Below, piece by piece: positions 27,967 to 35,025 of a stretch of 64,000 nucleotides of DNA. Position 1 is the stretch's first letter, and every line of letters begins with the position of its first letter. The stretch lies in contig OZ245938.1 of NCBI GenBank assembly GCA_965230125.1, positions 1,613,535 through 1,677,534 of the forward strand. The letters are read 5' to 3'. The notes below the pieces were generated by a model. That model did no database searches and had not been told where the DNA came from. It saw nothing but the letters and a program-made list of their open reading frames with translations. The DNA is from an uncultured Pseudohongiella sp. (GTDB lineage: Bacteria; Pseudomonadota; Gammaproteobacteria; Pseudomonadales; Pseudohongiellaceae). The translations under genes and the position numbers were made by a program.

Positions 27967-27982
27967 GGCAATTATCATGCCA
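27967..27982 (-). promoter_or_regulatory. candidate sigma54 (-24/-12) promoter for flhA
   Basis: The minus strand reads TGGCAT-GATAA-TTGCC, with GG and GC 12 nt apart, about 80 bp upstream of the flhA ATG. The element is near-palindromic, so the plus strand reads TGGCAA-TTATC-ATGCC. Confidence 0.5.
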
Positions 27983-28031
27983 GCAAAAAATGACACCCCT
28001 TTTGGCGCCGTGCTTAAAGGCTGTTTGGGCA

Positions 28032-28059
28032 TAAAGATTTAAGCGTCATCTGTCGACCG
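28032..28059 (+). promoter_or_regulatory. candidate sigma28-type promoter for the flgP-like operon
   Basis: TAAAG-N15-GTCGACCG, about 105 bp upstream of ATG 28164. Same architecture as the sites upstream of flgM and fliC. Confidence 0.4.
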
Positions 28060-28090
28060 GTAATAGTGAAACCGGCGGCCAATAGAGACG

Positions 28091-28118
28091 GGCCAGTTGC
28101 GGGGGTCCGGCCAGTTGC
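28091..28118. repeat. direct repeat GGCCAGTTGC x2 (8-bp spacer)
   Basis: GGCCAGTTGC at 28091-28100 and 28109-28118, about 110-135 bp upstream of the flhA sigma54 element. The core CCAGTTGC recurs at 59241-59248, upstream of the other strong sigma54 element. Confidence 0.4.
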
Positions 28119-28163
28119 TGCCAGGGCGATGGCAATCCGGCTTTGCCTCTGGAAGGAGAAATT

Positions 28164-28709
28164 ATGGATAACAACAGATTTCACAGGTTGGCACTGGCCA
28201 GTGTGGTCATTGCATTGCTGACAAATTGCACGGCGGTCACCACCCGGACCGACCTGGGTGTCAATCAGGACTGTGTTGCTCTGGGGTTGAAGCCATGCTC
28301 ATCGCTGGCGGCAACCCGGCAGGCAGAATCCGGCGGATCAGTAATCAATCTGATCAACCAAAGCCAGCGCATCACCGCCACCGGTTATGCCGTGATCGAA
28401 ATTCAAAACAGTACTGTGCCAGCCCAGCGTCGCCTGCTGGCGATTCGCGCTTCAAAGCTCGACGCCTACCGGACGCTTGCCGAACAGGTCTATGGGCAAT
28501 ATTTGGATGCCACGACGACGGTTGCAGATCTGGTAGTGGTCAGCGACAGTTTCCGTGCTCGCGTGGAGGGCGTGATTTACGGTGCCCGGCTGGAAAGCAT
28601 TAGTCCGGTTGGGCAGGACAGTTACGAAGTGACGCTGAGCCTGGGGCAGGACGTGGTGAACGATCTGCGACTGCTATACCTCGAATACATCAGCGCGGGA
28701 TCGGCCTGA
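28164..28709 (+). CDS. LPP20/FlgP-like flagellar lipoprotein
   Basis: GGAAGGAG RBS upstream. Lipobox LLTNC. Core ITATGYAVIE...AQRRLLAIRASKLDAYRTLAEQVYG...VEGVIYGARLE matches the LPP20/FlgP pattern. Confidence 0.6.
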   Translation: MDNNRFHRLALASVVIALLTNCTAVTTRTDLGVNQDCVALGLKPCSSLAATRQAESGGSVINLINQSQRITATGYAVIEIQNSTVPAQRRLLAIRASKLDAYRTLAEQVYGQYLDATTTVADLVVVSDSFRARVEGVIYGARLESISPVGQDSYEVTLSLGQDVVNDLRLLYLEYISAGSA

Positions 28710-28713
28710 AATC

Positions 28714-29886
28714 ATGAGGGGGCGCAAGACTATTAAAAGGTTTCGAGACTGGAGCATGACCCTGCTGCTGGGCTTTATCGTCGCGGTGCAGGCCGAGGAA
28801 ACTGGCGAATACACCGATGCTCTGAGGCGTCTGGACCAGGTGCGCCAAACGCTGTTGTCACAGGCGCTGGACGAAGGGGTTGCACTGCTCAGCCACGGTT
28901 ATATCGACAGCAGCGGCCGCCTGGTGGAGTCCGCTTACTTTCAAACCGGCACCCAGGCGCGCGGTTTGCGTATCGCTTCTTATTTGGAAGAAATGACTGC
29001 GCCGACTTTCAATGAACCGTCGGTCCTGCCGCCGGTGCTCCGCGCCGGAAACAGTTGCAGCCCCCGCTTTGCCAGTACCGTGCTGATCACGCCGGTGTCC
29101 TTGAGGGGTGGTATGCCCGCGATCGTATTCAATGAGCGCGAATTGGCAGCACTACTGACCCGGTCTCTGGCAGACAGTTTACAAGGGAGTCAACGCCTGC
29201 TGCCTGTTATAGCCAACCCGGTCGCCGGGACATTGAGTAACTACGAACGGCTGATGAGCGGCATAACTTCTGCGCAGGCGGAACTGGTCCTGGACACTGA
29301 ATTGCGGATCGTCAAGTCGTCGACCCATGACCGCGAGGGGCTGCGCGGGATGGCTCGTAACAGCGTGGTGATTCTACGGGATTCGGTCACTGAGTTGGCC
29401 TCACAGGCTGCCTATTATCCTTCGTGGATGCTGGAGTTGCGGATAAGGCTCACTGATACTGTCGACAGCGAAGCACTACTGGTGTTCAGCCGCGCGTATC
29501 GAATTCCGGGTCAGCGGGCAAGACTGGATCAAGCTCCGGGGCTGGGAAACTTGCCGCAGCAGATCGCGACAGACATGCTGGAATTTGCGGGGCAGGTCGC
29601 GACTCTTGAACACTGTGCACTAGCCCGGTTGCGGCTTGGTGAGGACTATCAAGGGGATACATCGGTGCGCCTTCTGGGTCGCGGGCGCCTTCATGGAGTC
29701 GGCCCTGGGATGCAGTTCCTGATGTCCAGTCAGGATCTGAATCGTTCGCCGGATGCCCTGGCCGATGAGTTGCTGGCAGGCCTGGCGATTGGCGAAGTGA
29801 TTGAGGTCAGTGCCGAAGAAGCGCGCATTCGCGTTATTGCCGGCAACCAGGACCCCAGCATGCTGAAATTTGCTGTGCCGTTCTGA
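28714..29886 (+). CDS. periplasmic protein, possibly FlgT/FlgO-like flagellar ring accessory protein
   Basis: Signal peptide (MTLLLGFIVAVQAEE), 390 aa, starts 5 bp after the flgP-like gene. The size and position suggest FlgT. The call rests on context, not on clear motifs. Confidence 0.35.
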   Translation: MRGRKTIKRFRDWSMTLLLGFIVAVQAEETGEYTDALRRLDQVRQTLLSQALDEGVALLSHGYIDSSGRLVESAYFQTGTQARGLRIASYLEEMTAPTFNEPSVLPPVLRAGNSCSPRFASTVLITPVSLRGGMPAIVFNERELAALLTRSLADSLQGSQRLLPVIANPVAGTLSNYERLMSGITSAQAELVLDTELRIVKSSTHDREGLRGMARNSVVILRDSVTELASQAAYYPSWMLELRIRLTDTVDSEALLVFSRAYRIPGQRARLDQAPGLGNLPQQIATDMLEFAGQVATLEHCALARLRLGEDYQGDTSVRLLGRGRLHGVGPGMQFLMSSQDLNRSPDALADELLAGLAIGEVIEVSAEEARIRVIAGNQDPSMLKFAVPF

Positions 29887-29947
29887 GCCTGCGGCTGGCT
29901 GTAAACTGACGATTTGATCAAATTTCGGAACTTGAGGTGACGACGTC

Positions 29948-30391
29948 ATGAATGATACTGCCTTTGCCCGACAATGGCTGTTGGCACTGCTGGTCTGCTG
30001 TGGGTTACTGCTGGGAAATTCTGTCTACTCTGCTGAAGCGGATATTGAATCGGCATTGCAGACGCTGCTTGCCGATGTCGATCTGGCGTCGTTTATTGAC
30101 GCTGGCCGGAAAGACGAAATGGCCAGCGGCGAGTACAGAATTCGGGTTGGAGATACCCTTGACGGTATCCTGAATCGCGCTTTTCCTGACACCCCTATTC
30201 GCCGCGATTTCCTGCGTCAGGCTTTCGTTCGAACCAACCCCGGAGCATTCAGAAGAGGTAATCCCAATTGGATGTTAGCTGGCGTCACGGTGCGCATTCC
30301 TGCAGCTGAAGATCTGATGCATGTGATTTTTGAAGACTCAGCGGCGCTTGATCCAAGAGCTGCACAGCGCCACTGGATTCGTTACCCTTGA
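29948..30391 (+). CDS. secreted LysM/FimV-N-terminal-like peptidoglycan-binding protein (147 aa)
   Basis: Signal peptide, then YRIRVGDTLDGILNRAF....FLRQAFVRTNPGAFRRGNPNWMLAGVTVRIP. This is the FimV/HubP-type LysM motif. Confidence 0.6.
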   Translation: MNDTAFARQWLLALLVCCGLLLGNSVYSAEADIESALQTLLADVDLASFIDAGRKDEMASGEYRIRVGDTLDGILNRAFPDTPIRRDFLRQAFVRTNPGAFRRGNPNWMLAGVTVRIPAAEDLMHVIFEDSAALDPRAAQRHWIRYP

Positions 30392-30397
30392 TCAGCA

Positions 30398-31537
30398 ATG
30401 GGTGTTGATACCCTGTGCGGGAGGATGTCACTGCTCATGGTATTTGTTGGTGATACCAATTCAGCGAACCCACTGTTCAGGGTAGGCGGCGAGGGTGGTC
30501 CAGTGGCCCTGTTGCGGATCAGCAATGAGGCTGCGCGACAGCTCGGGCTTGATGATCAGCAGGTTGTCAAAGGGCTGATCGATTCCCGGTCGGGCACCAT
30601 CCGCCTCAGCACTGATAGCGCCTCGCTGGCATTTAATTACCGCCCCAGCGCGTATGCGCCCGCCGTTATCTGGTTCCGGGTTTCACAATCAGCTTATGGC
30701 GTCACTCTGAGACCCCTCCCGAGCCACCAATCTACCGATAGCGCCAGGCCGACAAGCTCAGCGTCACTGCCCGTTTCGGGTGACGCGATAGCGGACTTGT
30801 CGCGCCGACTGGTGCTGACTATGGCTTCACGACCGTCGCTGGCGTCTATTTGGTCATTGCTCGATAGCCAGCGCCAGCCAGCGAGCCAGGCGCATCAGAT
30901 CTTGCGGCAGGAATATCAGCGGGTGCAGCAGCAATTGCCGCAGGTCGCGGACCTTGACCTGGACGCGATTCGCAGCGCATTTACTGCTATGACAGCAGTG
31001 GCGGGAAGCGGCACAGCGCCTTCGCTACTGAAGATACTTTGGCAGGCGCTGATGAACAGGCGCCAGGTTGCCCACAGCAGTCTTGACAGCACGAATTTGT
31101 CTGAACTGATCAAGCCGCTACAGGAATATCAGGATAGCGCGCGGCTTGAGTCGCTTCTCAATCAGGATCAGGGGAGACTGGTGACGCGCTTTCCGCTTTT
31201 TTTTGCGGATGCGCCGCCAGTGGAAATCAGCCTTACCGGTCAAGGCAAGGGGCATCGGGAAGACGGCAGCGGCTGGCGACTTGATCTTGAGATGTTGCTT
31301 CTGGGCGATCAGCGGCTTTGGCTTAACTGTTTGTTCGACTCGGCGTGGGACGTACAGGCGACAGCCTGGACTGATAACCCAGATCTCGCCAGGGACCTGC
31401 GCGACAATGTCGGCGAACTCAGACACAATCTCGCCAGTTTTGGTTTAGAGCTGCGCTCATTGCAGGTGGTTGATCAGCCAAGGCCGTCGGGAACTGGCCT
31501 GCCGTTTCAGGGCGTGTTTGCAGCCGAGCGAGATTAA
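30398..31537 (+). CDS. FliK-like hook-length control family protein
   Basis: The C-terminal segment WRLDLEMLLLGDQRLWLNCLFDSAWDVQATAWTDNPDLARDLRDNVGELRHNLASFGLELRSLQV fits the Flg_hook (FliK C-terminal) pattern. The N-terminal part is Ser/Ala/Pro-rich. Confidence 0.55.
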   Translation: MGVDTLCGRMSLLMVFVGDTNSANPLFRVGGEGGPVALLRISNEAARQLGLDDQQVVKGLIDSRSGTIRLSTDSASLAFNYRPSAYAPAVIWFRVSQSAYGVTLRPLPSHQSTDSARPTSSASLPVSGDAIADLSRRLVLTMASRPSLASIWSLLDSQRQPASQAHQILRQEYQRVQQQLPQVADLDLDAIRSAFTAMTAVAGSGTAPSLLKILWQALMNRRQVAHSSLDSTNLSELIKPLQEYQDSARLESLLNQDQGRLVTRFPLFFADAPPVEISLTGQGKGHREDGSGWRLDLEMLLLGDQRLWLNCLFDSAWDVQATAWTDNPDLARDLRDNVGELRHNLASFGLELRSLQVVDQPRPSGTGLPFQGVFAAERD

Positions 31538-31558
31538 CAAGAAAAGGAGAGCCACATT

Positions 31559-31828
31559 TTGCCAGACAAAAAATCGAGAGCAGCGGCGCTGGAATATGGC
31601 GAACTCAAAGCGCCGCAACTGGTTGCGCGTGCCGAAGGGGAGTTAGCGGACCTGATGAAGGAAGCGGCGCAGCGCAGCGGGATTCCGATCATGACGGACG
31701 ACGCCCTGCTGCAAGCATTGCAGCAAATCCCATTAAATGAGGAAATTCCTGAATCCCTGTATGTGGCGGTGGCGGTGGTGCTGTCCTGGGCTTACTGGTT
31801 GACTGGCCGTCGACCTGACAGCATGTAG
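31559..31828 (+). CDS. FlhB/EscU C-terminal-domain-only protein (YlqH-like), no TM domain
   Basis: TTG start with AGGAGA 8 nt upstream. AAALEYGELKAPQLVARAEGELADLMKEAAQRSGIPIMTDDALLQAL...IPESLYVAVAVVLSWAY resembles the post-NPTH part of the FlhB cytoplasmic domain. Confidence 0.75.
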   Translation: MPDKKSRAAALEYGELKAPQLVARAEGELADLMKEAAQRSGIPIMTDDALLQALQQIPLNEEIPESLYVAVAVVLSWAYWLTGRRPDSM

Positions 31829-31927
31829 TCGCCCGCGCCTATGAAATTCAATTGCCAATGAATATTCCGGCGGTGCGCCGTTCGTGGTTGGCATCAGCGC
31901 CGCTGAGTGTGATTTACGTCATAAATA

Positions 31928-32368
31928 CTATAAAACACCACCGGGTCCGTTGCCACTGCTGGTCATTCTCCCCTGCCGATTGTAGGTTTGCACGCCAGCA
32001 TCGGCGGGAGCAACCAGACTCGAGAGCGCGGTGCGGACCACAGCCAGTTTGCGATCGATCAGAATTTCATTGCGTTTCTGCATATTTCGGCAGGTGCTTG
32101 CCAGCCCTGTCAGTGTTCGCCACTGTGCCGCAGATTTCCCATCGCCAGCGGATTTGGCGGCCTCCGACGCATCTTCTATCAACGATTCCATAGATTTATC
32201 TCCCAGTTGACTGACGATCTGCTCCTTGGTGACAACCAGCCGATCAAGAGCATCAAGATCTTGCTCTTTGAGGGCTTGAAACTCAGCTTGGAGCAGTTTC
32301 TGCAGATCTTCAAGCCTGAGCTGCAAGTCATGCAATTGAGGATCGGAGCTGTTGGCAGTGCTGGTCAT
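31928..32368 (-). CDS. flgN: flagellar chaperone FlgN
   Basis: Helical 146-aa protein. LQKLLQAEFQALKEQDLDALDRLVVTKEQIV is the FlgN pattern. Lies immediately downstream of flgM. Confidence 0.8.
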   Translation of the reverse strand: MTSTANSSDPQLHDLQLRLEDLQKLLQAEFQALKEQDLDALDRLVVTKEQIVSQLGDKSMESLIEDASEAAKSAGDGKSAAQWRTLTGLASTCRNMQKRNEILIDRKLAVVRTALSSLVAPADAGVQTYNRQGRMTSSGNGPGGVL

Positions 32369-32391
32369 CGTATCATCGCACCTCAGGAAGA

Positions 32392-32691
32392 TTATAGAAG
32401 GCGTTCAAGCGGCAGAAAGTTTTCGGCCACCTTGCTGGCGTCCAGCGGATAGTTTCCGGATTGGATAGCAGCTTTCATCGCTGCCACCTTGTCCTGATCA
32501 AAATCTGCTGCTTTCAGCGCGGTTTCGACACTCTCTGACAGTGCTACCGGCTTTTCCGGGGGCAGTGCAGCCGAAGTCTGATTCACCGTGTCCGCAGCTG
32601 GCTTTTCAGACTGTCGGGTTTCAGCCCGCTGTTGCTCCTGCATGGCCGCCAATTCTGCTGATTTGCCGGCACCTGTATTAATCGGGTTCAT
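32392..32691 (-). CDS. flgM: anti-sigma28 factor FlgM
   Basis: A 99-aa protein with C-terminal DQDKVAAMKAAIQSGNYPLDASKVAENFL, typical of FlgM. Sits between flgA and flgN. Confidence 0.85.
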   Translation of the reverse strand: MNPINTGAGKSAELAAMQEQQRAETRQSEKPAADTVNQTSAALPPEKPVALSESVETALKAADFDQDKVAAMKAAIQSGNYPLDASKVAENFLPLERLL

Positions 32692-32738
32692 GGCAGTATT
32701 CGTCCTGGGTAAGGTTAAAAATTTTTATGCTATTCAGC

Positions 32739-32766
32739 CATTCGACACTTCAAGTGCCAAACTTTA
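32739..32766 (-). promoter_or_regulatory. candidate sigma28 promoter for flgM-flgN
   Basis: The minus strand reads TAAAG-TTTGGCACTTGAAGT-GTCGAATG. It lies in the 84-bp flgA-flgM spacer, about 48 bp upstream of the flgM ATG. Confidence 0.6.
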
Positions 32767-32775
32767 GGGTCAGGA

Positions 32776-33840
32776 TTACCTTATTTTGGCCTGTCGAGCA
32801 CCAGTTACGATTGCCGAGACGAGCTGTCCTGACTGAGGGTTGCGCAAATTGATCTGCTGGCCGATGCGACCGTCTTCCTGCGCTTCCAATGGAACAGAAA
32901 TCTCCAAATTACCTCTCACAATAATGGTGTCAACCCGTTCTCCCGCTACCACCTCCGGGAGAATACGCAATTGACTGTGGCGAATAATCTGTCCGGGTGA
33001 AATGCGTGCAGTGGCTACCGCGCGGGGTAGTTCAGCCTGATGGGGGAACACGTCGCTGGGCAGATCAGTCCAGGTCTCTTGACGCTGGCTATTGGTTGCG
33101 GTCACTGCGGCACCACGCTCAATCAGTGCAGTCGCCTTGAGTACTATGTTGCGAACCTTTAGATCCGGCCCGCGCAGTTGATAACCAGCAGCGAGATCGC
33201 GACCAGTCCGGGCGCCCACAATCGTTTCCAGTTCCAGTCTTGCATAGTCGGGCAGATAGCTTGCCGCGACCCGAAAGCTGCTAACGTCGTCGGCGGACAA
33301 CAGCCAGTCCTCGGGTACATCACGGGTAAGCCGATAGCTGACGATGGCCTGGTCGAGAAGCCGCTGGTGAACGCGTTGCCCGGCACGCACCGGAACCTTG
33401 AGAATTTTACCGACCAGCGCAGCAGAGGGATGCGCCGGTCTGTTGTTTGATGCTGGCCGAAGGTCGTGGGGCACAAGCTGATGGCCAGCTGGCAATGACG
33501 TAGCAAATAGCCAGGACGTGTCCAATGCGCTTAGCTTGATGGAGACAATTGCGCGCCAGCCCAGATCCCGGCATTCAACCTGGACAGTTTCGGCGTTTCC
33601 AAAGGGCCGCGACACCTGAAAACCAGACCGACACTCCGGAACCTGCAGGCGTCGGTCGGTGGCCATAACCGTGATCGTATCCGGGCTCACATTATTCTGT
33701 TCGCTCACCCACAACTGAATAGTGCTGATCATTTTCTGCTTGGGCGCGGTGATGTCACTCCACGGCTGTTGCGCGTGAACCTGTGTCACGGCCATGGCGA
33801 GTAAAACTAAGCTACTAAGGACTACAAGTCGGCTAATCAT
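32776..33840 (-). CDS. flgA: flagellar P-ring assembly chaperone FlgA, extended form (354 aa)
   Basis: Signal peptide. C-terminus EAQEDGRIGQQINLRNPQSGQLVSAIVTGARQAKI is the FlgA signature. Extra SAF-like segments sit in the middle. ATG 33840 is preferred over TTG 33858. Confidence 0.8.
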   Translation of the reverse strand: MISRLVVLSSLVLLAMAVTQVHAQQPWSDITAPKQKMISTIQLWVSEQNNVSPDTITVMATDRRLQVPECRSGFQVSRPFGNAETVQVECRDLGWRAIVSIKLSALDTSWLFATSLPAGHQLVPHDLRPASNNRPAHPSAALVGKILKVPVRAGQRVHQRLLDQAIVSYRLTRDVPEDWLLSADDVSSFRVAASYLPDYARLELETIVGARTGRDLAAGYQLRGPDLKVRNIVLKATALIERGAAVTATNSQRQETWTDLPSDVFPHQAELPRAVATARISPGQIIRHSQLRILPEVVAGERVDTIIVRGNLEISVPLEAQEDGRIGQQINLRNPQSGQLVSAIVTGARQAKIR

Positions 33841-33876
33841 GGACGCTTTGTAACCCAATCCTGAAGCCTGCGCAAC

Positions 33877-33949
33877 GTGGCAAGAAAAGTGGCAACAGGG
33901 CTCAGTTTGATTTGCCGCTTTAGCTTGCCACTTCGTTTGAAAGTGGCAG
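33877..33949. promoter_or_regulatory. cluster of four (A)AGTGGCA(A/G) motifs, candidate activator binding region
   Basis: GTGGCAAG 33877-33884; AAAAGTGGCAAC 33885-33896; AAGTGGCAAGC on the minus strand 33923-33933; AAGTGGCAG 33941-33949. They lie 110-185 bp upstream of the flgB sigma54 element. Confidence 0.35.
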
Positions 33950-34059
33950 TTTAAAATAAAGGGGACAGGTGGCTTACTAATAGAAAGATGCAGATTCGAA
34001 TTTATAAGCTATTGATATATATATTGAATCCATCATTGGTCGGCGTTATTTTTCAACCC

Positions 34060-34075
34060 TGGCATTAAACCTGCA
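34060..34075 (+). promoter_or_regulatory. candidate sigma54 (-24/-12) promoter for flgBCDEFGHIJKL
   Basis: TGGCAT-TAAAC-CTGCA with correct GG/GC spacing, 108 bp upstream of the flgB ATG, in an AT-rich divergent intergenic region. Confidence 0.55.
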
Positions 34076-34182
34076 GTTAATACAGCGGACAGTCAGGCCA
34101 CCATGCCTGGTTACGAAGTTAAGCTGGAAACGATGAGTATTTTTCCCGGGACATATGAAAAAGGTTGATTGGATTGTAAGTA

Positions 34183-34575
34183 ATGAAGACTCTTGGCACC
34201 TATTTCTCGCAGCATGATTCGGCCCTTCAGGTTCGTAATCAGCGTCTGCAGGTCATTTCGGAGAATATCGCCAATGCCAGCACGCCTGGCTTCCGGGCCC
34301 GGGATATCGATTTTGCTGCCGCCATGCGTGATGCTGGTCAGGCTTTCACACTGCGGGCCACAGCGCAGACTCATTACAGCGCAGATGTCCCCGGTGCCAG
34401 AATTGATGACGCACTGGTTTACCGGACTCCGCTCAATCCCAGTCTCGATAGCAATACCGTAGAGATCGGGGTTGAACAGGCCAAGTTCGGTCGTGCGGCG
34501 ATGGAATATCAGGCGTCACTACAGTTCTTCGAAAACAAGGTCAGCGGCCTGCGCAAGGCGCTGCGAGGAGAATAA
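34183..34575 (+). CDS. flgB: flagellar proximal rod protein FlgB
   Basis: RNQRLQVISENIANASTPGFRARDIDF N-terminal rod motif. First gene of the flgB-L order. Confidence 0.9.
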   Translation: MKTLGTYFSQHDSALQVRNQRLQVISENIANASTPGFRARDIDFAAAMRDAGQAFTLRATAQTHYSADVPGARIDDALVYRTPLNPSLDSNTVEIGVEQAKFGRAAMEYQASLQFFENKVSGLRKALRGE

Positions 34576-34577
34576 TC

Positions 34578-35000
34578 ATGGCATTGAATAAATTGATGGA
34601 CATTGCCGGTAGCGGCATGAACGCACAACTGGTTCGAATGAACGCAACTGCCAGTAACATTGCCAATGCGGGTGTCGTTGCGGAAGCTCCGGATTCTGCG
34701 TATCGGGCCAAGCGTGCTGTATTCGAAACAGTATTGGAGGACGCCTTTATGCGCCAGGACAGTCTCACTAACGGGGTGCGGGTACGACAGATCATTGAAG
34801 ACCCGAAGCCGGCGCGACAAATGTTTGATCCTGGCAACCCGCTGGCCAATGAAGAAGGTTATGTGTGGGGCAGCAATGTCAATCAGGTTGCCGAAATGAT
34901 CGATATGCTGGATGCGTCTCGCGCCTATCAGAACGGAGTCGAAGTGGCGACCACCGCCAAAGACCTCATGTTGCGCACTCTGGAAGTAATCAGAGTTTGA
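34578..35000 (+). CDS. flgC: flagellar rod protein FlgC
   Basis: IAGSGMNAQLVRMNATASNIANA N-terminus and LDASRAYQNGVEVATTAKDLMLRTLEV C-terminus. Confidence 0.95.
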   Translation: MALNKLMDIAGSGMNAQLVRMNATASNIANAGVVAEAPDSAYRAKRAVFETVLEDAFMRQDSLTNGVRVRQIIEDPKPARQMFDPGNPLANEEGYVWGSNVNQVAEMIDMLDASRAYQNGVEVATTAKDLMLRTLEVIRV

Positions 35001-35025
35001 TTGACTCGAACAGGAAACCAATACC

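Noticed and set aside
27966-27980. Plus-strand reading of the palindromic element (TGGCAA-N5-ATGC) as the promoter of the flgP-like operon.
   Set aside because: The -12 block ATGC is poorer than the minus-strand TTGC, the element is about 185 bp from the ATG, and a sigma28-type site lies closer. It is reported as a possibility in the findings, not as a feature.
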